Shown piece by piece: positions 25,579 through 37,200 of a stretch of DNA of 64,000 nucleotides. The position numbers and the translations under genes are program-made. Each line of letters starts with the position of its first letter. The stretch's first letter is position 1. The notes under the pieces are model-generated. The model was not told the origin of the DNA. It searched no databases and saw only the letters and a program-made list of their open reading frames with translations. Origin of the DNA: Zootoca vivipara (Eukaryota); contig NC_083279.1 in assembly GCF_963506605.1 (NCBI RefSeq), positions 620,001 to 684,000 of the forward strand. The letters are read 5' to 3'.

Positions 25579-25743
25579 ACCTTTGTAATTCAAGCACGGG
25601 AACAGTTCCAGAAACTCTTGAGGATGCATAACAGTATGGAAACACTCTATCGGAATGTAATGGAATTTTATGCCATCGATTGGAAGAAAGTTTCAGTAGA
25701 AGAATTTCTAACTGACTTGAACAATTTTAGGACAATGTTTATG
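25579..25743 (+). CDS. DIAPH3: DIAPH3 window exon 13 (end of FH2)
   Basis: After U12 AC acceptor; |GTAAAC donor; 165 nt; TFVIQAREQFQKLLRMHNSMETLYRNVMEFYAIDWKKVSVEEFLTDLNNFRTMFM. Confidence 0.93.
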
Positions 25744-25980
25744 GTAAACCATATGACTATCAAATTCTAGACTCTGCAGAAGTAGTATAGATGAATATGA
25801 TTTTGCTTCACAGGTTCAGCTGTTCTTTACATCACTAAGAGCAGCCAGCCACAACTTTGTGTCTCCATATATTGTTGGACTACAATCTCAGCATGGCCAG
25901 TGGTCAGACATGTTGGAAGTTACAGTCCAACAACATCTGGTGGACTGAAGGTTGGGGAAGGCTGACTAGAAAGATGAGCA

Positions 25981-26195
25981 CCGTATTTTTTCGTTCCATA
26001 GGACGCACCTAGGTTTTAGAGGAGGAAAACAAGAAAAAATCTTTTTGCTTTCTTGAATTGTCCTAGGCGTGGCTTTGGCTCTGTCTCAGGCTTTTGCGTG
26101 GGCTCTGGCTCTCGCATTCGCTCCATAGGATGCACTGACTTTTCCCCTTCCTTTTTGGGAGGGAAAAAGTTCATCCTATGAAGCGAAAAATACAG
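25981..26195. mobile_element. Tc1/mariner-type MITE (CCGTATTTTTCG family)
   Basis: CCGTATTTTTTCG ... CGAAAAATACAG-TA; relatives at 30158-30443, ~31870-32281, 41026-41193, ~45960-46101. Confidence 0.75.
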
Positions 26196-26900
26196 TAGGT
26201 ATTTTGTTGGTCGCAGCAACCTAATACAAGCATGGTGGACCATTTCACCCCAAGTTACATGATGCATTTGAAAGAGCAGCTACTAGTCTAGGTATATAAC
26301 TGTGCCACTGCCTCTTACTTCAAGTGTTCAGGGGTGAGTGTTGATCCTGATTCTTACATACCCATAATAGTTTGATCTCTCATATTAGTACAAAAGGCAG
26401 GTCTCTGCATGCTTGGGGTTTCCCAAGGTATGCACAAATACAAAAAATATTTATCATAAATAAATAGAATGGGGCAACCCTTCCCTGCCACCCCTCCCCC
26501 CTAAACAAAACATAACAGTAAAAGCAGGGAGGAATAGCAAGTGGATGCGCAGGTGAGAAGAGTGGTCTACAAAAATTGCCCACTCACTGCATGAACATCC
26601 TTTTTTTAAGATTATGGCATTACGGCTCAACAGCTGGACTGACTTGGGTGTGTGCAAGAGGAAGACGTGAATAGTTTGAAGGAGTGAAAAGGGGGTAGGA
26701 AAGGCAAGTGATGCCAGCTTTTAAAAACAACCCTAGTACTATAACAGATTATCCTGCTGTGATGGTGTTTTATTGTTGTAAACTCTTTTAGGATTTATTT
26801 TCAAATGAAAAGCAGCATAGAAATTATTGTAAACAGGCATGTAGATATTTTTCTAAGTCATAATTGTTTATGCTGGTGAAATTTTAATATATTTTGCTAG

Positions 26901-27036
26901 CAAGCTGCAAAGGAGAATATGAGAAGAAAAGAAGCAGAAGAAAAGCAGAAACTTGCTAGAATTGCTAAAGAAAAAGCAGAAAGGGAAAAAATAGAAAGAC
27001 AAAGAAAGAAAAAGTGTTTGCTGGAAATGAAAACAG
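26901..27036 (+). CDS. DIAPH3: DIAPH3 window exon 14
   Basis: TTTGCTAG|, |GTAATG; 136 nt; QAAKENMRRKEAEEKQKLARIAKEKAEREKIERQRKKKCLLEMKT. Confidence 0.95.
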
Positions 27037-28111
27037 GTAATGTGGACAGGAACCTTGTTATTTTAGGTAGTAATACTGTTTTTGTGTTACTATCTTGATG
27101 GCTTCTAAAAGCAGAACTGGTTGTTTCACTTCACAAATGTGCTTAAATCATTTCAGGGCAATATTTTGCTTTCTGGAGAATTAAATTCCTATTTAATTCC
27201 AGTTAATGCCACACTTTCTTTGCTTTCCACATTTTTCTTGCCCTCAAGCTAACATTAAGATGCTCGGGAAATGTGGTGCACTTTGCCCATGCGCTGGCTA
27301 CTCTTACCTTACCTCTTGTTGTGCTAATGCCTGTCTCTTGGCTCTTGCTTTGGCATTAGGGTGCTAAGTAAGGTAAGTTCCTTGCTCACCCATGCCAGCA
27401 CTTAACTTAAAAAAAGAAAAGAAATCTCTTTCCTTGATTCAAGATGCTGCATGCTCCTACTTTTCAGCTTTGCACTGCACACCTCCCACAACATGTAGAA
27501 GTAGTGGGTAGGTACCTCCCAAATTTTAAGTGGACCTGAAATTGAAAAATGCTGCAACTGTATCCTAGGCCAGCCTTCCTTGACCTTGGATCCGCATATG
27601 GTGTTAACTACAACTCCCATCATCCCTGACCTGGCTGGTTAGGAATGGATTGAGAACATCTGGGGACTCAAGGATGAAAAAGGCTGCTCTAAACTAATCT
27701 ATCCATGCTGAAAATCCCATTTACTTTCTGAGCTGGAGGAGAGTTTACTGGGGACATGGTGCTCAGTTCATAATGTAGATTGTCATAAAAACTATCATTT
27801 TTAAACTTGATTTCTTCATCTTTTGTTCTGCTGATACAATTTCCTTACCATAGGGGGGGGGGAACTACTTATGATGTAGGTTCAGAGCTATGCTGCAATA
27901 CAATCAGCATATGCCTAAATTGTTAAAAAGGGGGTTGGCATTAGCTCAGTTTGTCAGTTGGCTCAGAAAGCATATCAGTTTCAGTAGGAGGAGAATATTA
28001 ATTTAAAGTTAGCAGTAAAAATGGTAACTTATTGCTGCCTATAGATTGTGCTTTGATCAAAAAATTTAAGGCAGTTTGCAATTCTGTCATCCCAGCTCAG
28101 CTGGGGCTCGT

Positions 28112-28490
28112 AAAATCATAGAAGAGACCCCAAGGAAGGGAAGGGACCTTCAAAGGGACCCCAAGGACATCTAGTCCACCCCCTGCAATGCAGGAACCTC
28201 AGCTAAAGCATCCATGACAGATGGCCATCCAACTTCTGCTTAAAAACCCCCAAGGAAAGAGAGTCCACCACCTCTTGTGGGAGTCTGTTCCTCTGTTGGA
28301 ACAGCTCTTACTGTCAGAAAGTTCTTCCTGATGTTTAGTCAGAATCTCCTTTCTTGTAACTGGAAGCCATTGGTTCAAGTCTACCCTCCAGAGCAGAAGA
28401 AAACAAGCTTGTTACATCTTCCATGTGACAGCCCTTCAGATATTTGAAGATGGCTATTATATTTACTCTCAGCCTCTTATCTAGGCTAAA
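28112..28490 (-). mobile_element. CR1 LINE 3' fragment
   Basis: AATCATAGAA tail, CATCTAGTCCA..CCCCTGCAATGCAGG, AAGCATCCATGACAGATGGCCATCC typical of reptile CR1 3' ends. Confidence 0.8.
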
Positions 28491-29321
28491 TTTTTTGAAA
28501 CGAAACAACTGCAAAATTGTTGTTGAATGGGAAGTATGTGTGCATATCTGCTTTATGTAGCTTTTTTGAAACTATGTAGCTTTATAAGACCCTATAGCAG
28601 AGAAACTAAACTGTTGGCTCAGAGGTAGTACTGGCTTCTGGACAATCCTCCCAAAGGCTGCAAGTCCATGGAAGGTGCAGCCAGTGAAATCAATGCCAGT
28701 GAAAGCATTGCTAAAGTTGGTATGACTACTTTGTACCAGCTATCTCTGGTTTGTGTCTCTGCATATGTGTGTGAACACACACACACACTTTCAGATCTAG
28801 CTATACTTTGAATGAATTCTGCTTTTTTAAATGCAGCGTTAAATTGTTTAAAAAATACAGAGGATCAAAGTATTTAGTGAATGAGAGTGTTTTCATGAGT
28901 GGACATTCAGAAATCCATAAATGATCCATTTAGGGAAGCAGAATCTGAACAACTAATTGTATGCAAATAATCATTTTCATCTTGTCCTACAAAGTAACCT
29001 GCTTCTGCAAACTCACATGGCTTTATGATGTGGCTTCATTCAGGGTTCAGAGATATTAGAAGCATATGAATGATGTTGCATTATATTAAAAGTTACTGCT
29101 CTATTTCATTTTAGGAGGCAGTGGTGTGAGGTGAATCAAATGAACTTTGGTCTGCATTATTGGACACAATATGAACACTAACAGGGCTGACTTCTTGGGT
29201 ATCTGATTTATGAGTAAATTAAAGGCTTGTCTGAATTTGGAATTGCCAGCTTTTTATTGCTACGGTTTCTTCTCCAGCTCTGTAAATCCTTTGGCATTGC
29301 TATGGTAACCATGAAAGCTGA

Positions 29322-29465
<144 letters not shown>

Positions 29466-29648
29466 TAGATTTAGGGCACAGGACTATTTACTGCAGAATG
29501 CATCAATTGGTGGAGAACTACTTGCAGTAACAACATTAAATGATAATTTGTAACGTTTTCAGAGTACATCTTTCCTTCCAGGAAACTACCTTTTGGAAAT
29601 ACACTTTTGTGTAAATATTAAACATATTTGTTTTCTTCTTCTTTTTAG

Positions 29649-29714
29649 ATACAGATGTGCCACACAATTTCAGCCCAACCTCTGAAAGACCTGTTCTGAA
29701 AGCTTGTAACCATG
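29649..29714 (+). CDS. DIAPH3: DIAPH3 window exon 16 (start 29649 or 29655)
   Basis: Two in-frame AG acceptors (29647-48, 29653-54); (DT)DVPHNFSPTSERPVLKACNH resembles the DIAPH3-specific RPVLKVCNH segment; donor |GTAATT. Confidence 0.88.
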
Positions 29715-30157
29715 GTAATTCATAAATCATATGTTTTTACTGTTGATTCCTATTGATTTCCATAAGGGTCTGTTATATTCCTTGTTTGCTGTCATATCTG
29801 GAATAAGCCACTGGGATTGGCTTGCCAAATGGAAGTTGCTTAGTGTCTACATTCTTAGAAGTTTTCTTCTTATCTTTACATATCTGGCCTGCATTTTTAA
29901 TTTGTCTAAAATCTGAAGAGCTGTAGATGCCAAATAACATAAATCAAAATACTAGCAAAGTATGTCTTTAGCTCTTGAATTATAATATACTGTCTTATTT
30001 ATAAAATAGTACCATTTCACATCTTGGGCAAAAAATAATAATTTTAAATACGCAAGTTTGTGAATTTCAGCAGAGGATTTTATCTATTTATTTCACCTAG
30101 AAAGGAAAAGAATATTTTCTTTACCTTATTTTATTAACTAATTTCTTTTATTAAGTA

Positions 30158-30443
30158 CCTTATTTTTCGCTTCATAAGACGCACTTTTCCCTCTTAAAAA
30201 GGAAGGGAAAATGTCTGTGCGTCTTATGGAGCGAAGGCACTGGGCGGCAGTGGGATCCTCAAGCGGAGGGATGCTTCTGCCGCCGGATCCATGGCTCCCA
30301 GAGGCGGCAGAGGGGTGAGCAGCCCGAAAGCGGGCTTCTCTTCCTTCTGCCAGTGGCATTGATTCAGATTTTTTTTTCTTGTTTTCCTCTAAAAACTAAG
30401 TGTGTCTTATGGTCAGGTGTGTATTATGGAGCGAAAAATACAT
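30158..30443. mobile_element. Tc1/mariner-type MITE (CCGTATTTTTCG family)
   Basis: TA-CCTTATTTTTCGCTTCATAAGACGCAC ... TTATGGAGCGAAAAATAC. Confidence 0.75.
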
Positions 30444-32283
30444 AATGTTTACTTATATGTGCACAAAAATCATGGGGGGGGGGGATATAGCTAGCCATTT
30501 TATAGTTTTAGAATATGATGCATTCCCTGTTCCCTGTGGTCTGAAGGCATGTGATACAGCAACTTTGCTGAAGTGAAGCAGGTTTAGAATGCAGTGAAAT
30601 ACATTTCATTATACTTTTATGAGAAAAGTATGTGCAAGCTATTCTATTTGGAGTGATCTTTGTAGAAGCAATACATGGTTTGTTTTTTGTTATAAAAATA
30701 TCCCTGTTGTGAGGTTAAAGCTGATTATTGCTACTGCTGCTAAAAACCATTTCAAAGGCAGGCTGATTCATACGTCCTCGTTTTTTACGATCTGGAAATA
30801 CAAAACCCTCCTAGAACACATGAGTTACCTTGCTGGCTCAGTCTAAAACGCATCTAACGCAGCACCTGCTTTCAGCAGCAGTCAGCCAGATTGCTCATAA
30901 GCAAGGTGTGATGGCCTTCTTCTGTCTGTCTCAGCATCTAGTCTTTAGAGGTATACTGCTTCTATACATATAGAGGTTCCGTTTAGCTACTATGGGCACT
31001 GCTTGATAGTTTATGGCCATTGCTGCACCTTGTAGCAGTGAATTCCATAATAGTGTGTTGTGTGATTCAACACTTGTTTTTTTTTGGTCCCAATCCTACT
31101 GCTGATCAACTTTCTCTTGTTGGAAGATTCTTAATTTACTGTTGCAGTTGGTTGATCCCTGAAACAGGGATGAATAAGTTCTGGCATGCCTTTAAATATG
31201 CAACCTTTAGATGTCAATCTAGTTTTAGAAACAGTTTTGAAGGACAGCAGAAGCTGATCAGACTGTAAAATGGGATCAGGTAAATCAACTTTGTGAAAAG
31301 GGAGAAAATGTCTAATGCACCTATATCACAACTCAGTATTGTTTAAACTGTCTTTGTAAAAAAAGTATTTTTAATGGCACCCGAAGAACTGAATTTTTCA
31401 GATAGTCAGTAAAGAGAAGTTTATGAAAATTGTTTAAAAAGCCATTCTAGACATTGCATCTGGCACTGTGATCTCATTCCCTACCAACAGTGACCATTTC
31501 TGTGTAGACTGGCTAATGATTTTCAGAGCGTCATTAAACCAGTTATAGAAGATTGTTGTCAGGCATTCTCCACTAAATTGCTTACCTAAGCTATGTAGAC
31601 ATGTTGGTCAGGAGTTTCCAAACACTGATTTTAAGTAGCAATATTCTGCAGAATAGGTTGGTGGGGGGAAAGAACATAGCAGAGAAGAAGCATGGCATTG
31701 TGGGAATGTAATTTGCAAAGATAACATGATATTCCTCCTATGCAAGTAAGCCACCAATTGTCAGAGATGGATGTGTTGGCACTTCTCAATGTGTCACTTT
31801 TCCCTGTATGGGTGACTTGCTTCCATTCTCTTATATGGAGAATATGGCCCCTATTCCTGGTGCACCTGACCATAGGACGCACCTAGTTTTAGAGAAGGAA
31901 AACAAGAAAAAAATATTTTGCTTTCTTGAATTGTCCTAGGCATAGCAGCCAACTCGAGGCCTAGGTACCTTTGCCGCCCCGCCCCCCCCCATGTTAAATA
32001 TTTGAGGAAGCTTCTTTTGCAAAGGGGGAAAGCTCCATTTTTGAGGATCAGCTCAAAGCTGTTGAGCTTACCTTGCAAAGGGAAAAAAATCTTTTTTTAT
32101 GGGGTTCAACACACAGTTCTGCAGCTTTTCTAGGAAAGGAAAGGGACACAAGTGCACAATCTGCCTTTGGTCCCTGGGCAATTCGGCTCCAGGGACCATG
32201 CATTCGCTCCATAAGATGCACAGATATTTCCTCTTACTTTTAAGGAGGAAAAAAGTGTGTCTAATGGAGCGAAAAATACGGTA

Positions 32284-32621
32284 CAGTGGAACCTCAGTTT
32301 ATGAACACCTCGGTTTATGAATTTTCGGTTTATGAACACCGCGGACCCATCTGGAACGGATTAATTCACTTTCCATTACTTTTAATGGGAAAGTTCGCTT
32401 CAGTTTATGAACGCTTCAGTTTATGAACAGACTTCCGGAACCAATTACACCCATGTTTCAGTTTATGAACGCTTCAGTTTTAAGTACTTCGCGGACCCGT
32501 CTGGAACGGATTAATCCACTTTCCATTACTTTCAATGGAAAAGTTCGCTTCAGTTTATGAACGCTTCAGTTTATGAACAGACTTCCGGAACCAATTGTGT
32601 TCATAAACCGAGGTACCACTG
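32284..32621. mobile_element. Tc1/mariner-pogo type MITE (family A) abutting the TA of a CCGTA-family MITE
   Basis: TA-CAGTGGAACCTC ... GAGGTACCACTG-TA; 150-bp internal tandem unit. Confidence 0.9.
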
Positions 32622-32659
32622 TACATAGAAGTCTGTAGAGGCTACTTCAGTCCAGCTAA

Positions 32660-32845
32660 GGGGAAGGACCATAAATAACTGGTGGAGACCATGTTTTGCA
32701 TGCAGAAGGTCCCATGTTCAATCCCTGGCATCTCCAGGTAAGGCTGGGAAAGACAGGTCTGAAGCCCTGGAATGATGCTGTTTGATTCTGAGAATACTGA
32801 GTAGTTGAATCAGCTGTCTGATTTGGATTGCCTTGTAGGACAGAA
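32660..32845 (+). mobile_element. tRNA-derived SINE (Squam3-like)
   Basis: GGGGAAGGACCATA ... TTTGCATGCAGAAGGTCCCATGTTCAATCCCTGGCATCTCCAGG with B-box-like GTTCAATCC. Confidence 0.7.
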
Positions 32846-33037
32846 AAGTGGATTGATGGAATCTGGTGTTTCAGTAACCATGGCAGCAACACTTGTTTTT
32901 AGCTAGTGGGCTGCAATCACCAAACACACCTGCAAAGTTGAGTGGCTCAATAGTAGGGATGCCAGATACTATTACTACAAAGCCATTACTACAGGAAGAG
33001 GCATATTGCTAGGCTGATAATGAACATTAGCCTAAGC

Positions 33038-33173
33038 CAGGCATCCCCAAACTTCGGCCCTCCAGATGTTTTGGACTACAATTCCCATATTCCCCGACTA
33101 CTGGTCCTGTTAGCTAGGGATCATGGGAGTTGTAGGCCAAAACATCTGGAGGGCCACTGTTTGGGGATGCCTG
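33038..33173. mobile_element. hAT MITE family B
   Basis: Near-identical to 12052-12187; degenerate TSD GCCTAAGC/CCCTAATC. Confidence 0.9.
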
Positions 33174-33376
33174 CCCTAATCCCTCACAATAGTATTTTTT
33201 TCTGAGTAGTGGAGCTATGTTTTCAAAACCTTTTGTCATTTACTGTATATAGAACTTCGTAGCAAAGTAATAATCTCTTTGAGTGGTGGCATAAATTCCT
33301 CTATATTAATTTTGAGGGCCCATATTTGAAAGCCTTTCCATTAGCAAAATTTCTTCCCAGCATATTTACATTGGTG

Positions 33377-33383
<7 letters not shown>

Positions 33384-33423
<40 letters not shown>
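33384..33423. repeat. (TG)n microsatellite
   Basis: Direct observation. Confidence 0.95.
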
Positions 33424-33426
<3 letters not shown>

Positions 33427-34719
33427 TTAAGACCAGGTCTTTGCAAAGGTTTGTTTAAAAACCACCTGTCTCATAAGCAGTCATTTCCAGACTCCTAGTC
33501 TTGAGAAACTTGCCAATATATCCAGAAAGCTCTTTTGTTAATACCAACACTAGGGGGTGCCATTCATCCATTGTTTAACTCTAGATTGCTTTGAAAATGT
33601 GGGCAGCAAAATTCTCTCACGTCAGAATGAAATGAATTCTAGAATGAAATAAGAATGCATAAAAAAGCTATTATGAAATTCATGTATAACGAGCTAGATA
33701 TATATCTTATAAACTAAAGACCTCTGCTACCTAGCTGTTATTGCCATACTGCCTGGTAAAATAATTATTACTGTCCTGACATTTCATAAATATACATAAA
33801 TGAAGAGGGTACAAGCATTAATTTTAAAGTTTGCAGAACAATATAATGGTAATATTTACTTTCATGATGCTGTATACTGCATGCACTTCATTCAGTTGAA
33901 ACTAATTATATAGTTTTAGCTTAATCAGGTTTGTTCTTAGCCTTAGGCACATTAAGTATTTACAGCTAGCATAAACAGCGCTTAAGTGGTATTATAATAA
34001 TGAACAATTTTTTTATCATTGTTGGATAAAGTGTTAAGATAGCAAGGGAAATGTATACTTTCACAGTTGTACTGTAGGTGGTACTCTTTTACTGCTTCTT
34101 CTGAGGGTAGGGGCAGAATAAATATATATTCAATTCAGTGTGATCCATCATCAGGCAACTGTTCAAAAAGTAGCATTCTTAAATGCTCTCAAATGTCCAG
34201 TAGCAAAAATAAATGAAGGGCATAGTGCATTAAGGGATTTCCAGTGGAGTCTCTCAGGGCAGAGGAAACTGCTGCGAGAGGGAGCTCATGGGACAGATTG
34301 TGCTCTTACTGCCTTTAGCAATAGCTTCCTAACTAATCAGTCTCCAGGCTTACACCCTGCTTTAACTTGAGCTGCTTTCTGTTTGCTAGGCACTGACGGA
34401 AAACAGGACACAGCCAATTATTCTCTGCTGAGTTAACCCATTTCCCTTTATCCAGTGGAAAGCATGATTGCCTCCTTATGGCAGCATATTCTTCATGTGT
34501 TTTCATTTTTAGTTACACATCTTCTAAATTAGGGTAAATAACAAATTATTTCAAATAAATTTTAATTAAAACATTCACATATTTCTGTTAGGTACTCAGA
34601 GGTTTTTCTGTTGAGCCAGTTAGCACATTGAAAAAACCAATCCTGCACATCTGAGTTATGCAAATAATGTGAAATGACACCACAAATAGCCAACACTTAT
34701 GCAGAAGGTAATTGCCCAA

Positions 34720-36070
34720 ATAAGAACATAAGAAGGGCCTGCAGGATCAGGCCAAAGGGACATATAGGCCAACATCCTGTTCTCACAGTTGCCAACCAGA
34801 TGCTTGTGGATAACCCACAAGCAGGATCCGAGCACAAGAGCTCATTTCTCTTGTGGTTTTCAGAAACTGGTATTCAGAAGCAGTACTGCCTTTGACTGTG
34901 AAGGCAGAGCATAGCCATCCTGGCTGGTTGGCTATGATCCGTTATGTTTTGTGGTTTTTAATTTAATGATTTCACTCCACATTTTTGGTCTCTACTTTAT
35001 TCAAAGGATACTCTGTGGCTAGTATTTAAAGCAGAATGTAAGTACATTTCCCCCAGAAGTGCTGGTAAATGATAAGTGTATGTTCCCAATTGACAATATC
35101 CTTTATTTAGAAGAATTTAAACATAAGAGCAACCTGCTGGCTCACACCAGAGGTCTAGCATCCTGTTCTCACAGTGACCACCCAAATGCCTATGGGGAAG
35201 CCCACATACAGTGGTACCTCTACTTATGAATTTAATGTGTTCCGAACACACATTTGTAAGTCAAAAAAAAAATTGTAAGTCGAATCCCATAGGAATGCAT
35301 TGGGGGGGGGATTTGTAAGTCGAAGCAACCCTATCTAAAAATTCGTAAGTAGAAAAAATCCTATCTAAACCGCATCCAAGATGGCGGACAGAGCTCCATT
35401 TGTAAGTAGAAAAATTCGTAAGTAGAGTTATTTGTAAGTAGAGGTACCACTGTATAGGAGATGAGTGTGCAATAGCAGTCTCCCCACTTGTGTTGCAAGC
35501 AATTGGCATTCAGAGGCAGACTGCCTGCCGCAGGGGAGGTAGAAAGTAGGCACTGTGGCTATTAGCTATCAAAAGCCTTGTCCTTCTTTAAACTAACCGA
35601 GTTGATGGCCATCATTACTTCTTGTTGGAACAAATGCCATTGTTTAACTATGCACTGTTTTTTTGTCTGACCTGAATCTTCCTGACTTCTAGTATTATGA
35701 AAGATTGAGAAAAATGTCTTTGTAACCACATCATGCACAATTTTGCAAACCTCTGTCATCTCCCCTCTTTACTCTCCTTTTCTGTAAACTAAAAAGTTCC
35801 AAATCAACCTTTCCTCAAAGGGAAGTTGCTCCATCCCCTTGATTGTCCTGGTTCGCCTTTTCTGAACCCCTTTCAGCTCTATAGTATCCATTTGTTCTCA
35901 ATCAGTTTGACAGCACTTAACATAAGAGAAGCCTGTTGGATCAGGCTGGTGGCCTATCATGTTCAGCATTCTGCTCTCCCAGTGGCCAACCAGATGCCTG
36001 TGGGTAGCCTAGAAGCAGGAACCAAGTATAACTCTGCTCTTCCCTCCTGTGGTTTCTAGTCACTTGCATC
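34720..36070 (-). mobile_element. Cluster of three older CR1-type 3' fragments
   Basis: AACATAAGA...CCTG..GGATCAGGC...CATCCTGTTCTCACAGT motif at ~34725, ~35120 and ~35919. Confidence 0.7.
35209..35452. mobile_element. Tc1/mariner-pogo type MITE inserted in CR1
   Basis: TA-CAGTGGTACCTCTACTTA / TAAGTAGAGGTACCACTG-TA perfect TIRs. Confidence 0.9.
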
Positions 36071-36103
36071 TTGAATCAGGTCCTGGGGCGCAACTTGGTC
36101 AAA

Positions 36104-36105
<2 letters not shown>

Positions 36106-36169
<64 letters not shown>
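36106..36169. repeat. (GA)n microsatellite
   Basis: Direct observation. Confidence 0.95.
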
Positions 36170-36171
<2 letters not shown>

Positions 36172-37001
36172 ACAGGGGGTCTGCAATACTTAGCTAATTG
36201 GGAACCACTGGCATAAAGGACTTAAATGGCTGGACCACATTGCTTGTTTTCAATGTACTACTTTGTTATTTTGTTCATATAATGTTTATTTGTAAATCAC
36301 TTTTAAGACTGTTCTGCAGTAAAGTTTTGAAATAAAAAAGAGAGAAACAATTGCTGTGCTTGACTAAATTGGCAATGAGCAACCTCAGTCTCAGGGACAA
36401 AATGTAGCCTTTCAAACCTCTTTATCCTTCACTCAGGACCTTCCCTAGGCCACATCTCACCAGCCCTGCTCCATCTCTTCCTTGAGTGCTTTCACATGGC
36501 TGGCATATGTGAAATGTGACATTTGATTGCCTTGAGAGAGAGGTTAGAGGAGGGGCAGTAGAAATCTCTGTGTTTTGCATGGTTGGAATATAGCCTACTG
36601 TACAAAGGTACTAAATGTCACATCTGTTGCACCACCCACTTTGACTGTGGTCTTGCCCATCACTGGTATATGTCCACCTGTCAAGCTAGTGCCCCCCCCT
36701 GACTAGTTAAGATGAACTACAGTTTAGGGTTTGGTTGTAATGCTGAGCTGTAGTGACCATAAAGGCTTCATATTTCATGGATGTGCTGGGAGTTTCTTCT
36801 GCAGCTAAATATAGATAATAGACCTAAACAAAGGTCTATTGTGACATCCAAATGCAGCCAAATGTGAGGGTTTTAACTGACCTTACATTTACTTTTTGTA
36901 CTAATCAGAGGAATCTAATAAGTGTGGGACACTAACTTCTGTCACCAGGGGTTACTCTAGTAGCTGATACCTGAAGCGTCTTTGTCACAGTCACATGTTG
37001 T

Positions 37002-37200
37002 GGGTGGTATCCAACTAAACTGTTAGTGCAGCTTTTGACTGTGCAACTGAATTCCCTCTCTTCTCCCCACGAGCCCCCTGCACCCTCCCTAAATCTGCTT
37101 CAGAGGGTTGGGGGGAACCCACAGCAGGTGGGGGGTGGGGGGTACTTTTGCACAGCCAAAAGTATTTGCTGTAGCAGAACTATTTAGTTGGATACTGCCC
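37002..37200. mobile_element. MITE, probably PIF/Harbinger-like
   Basis: TIRs GGGTGGTATCCAACTAA / TTAGTTGGATACTGCCC. Confidence 0.7.
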
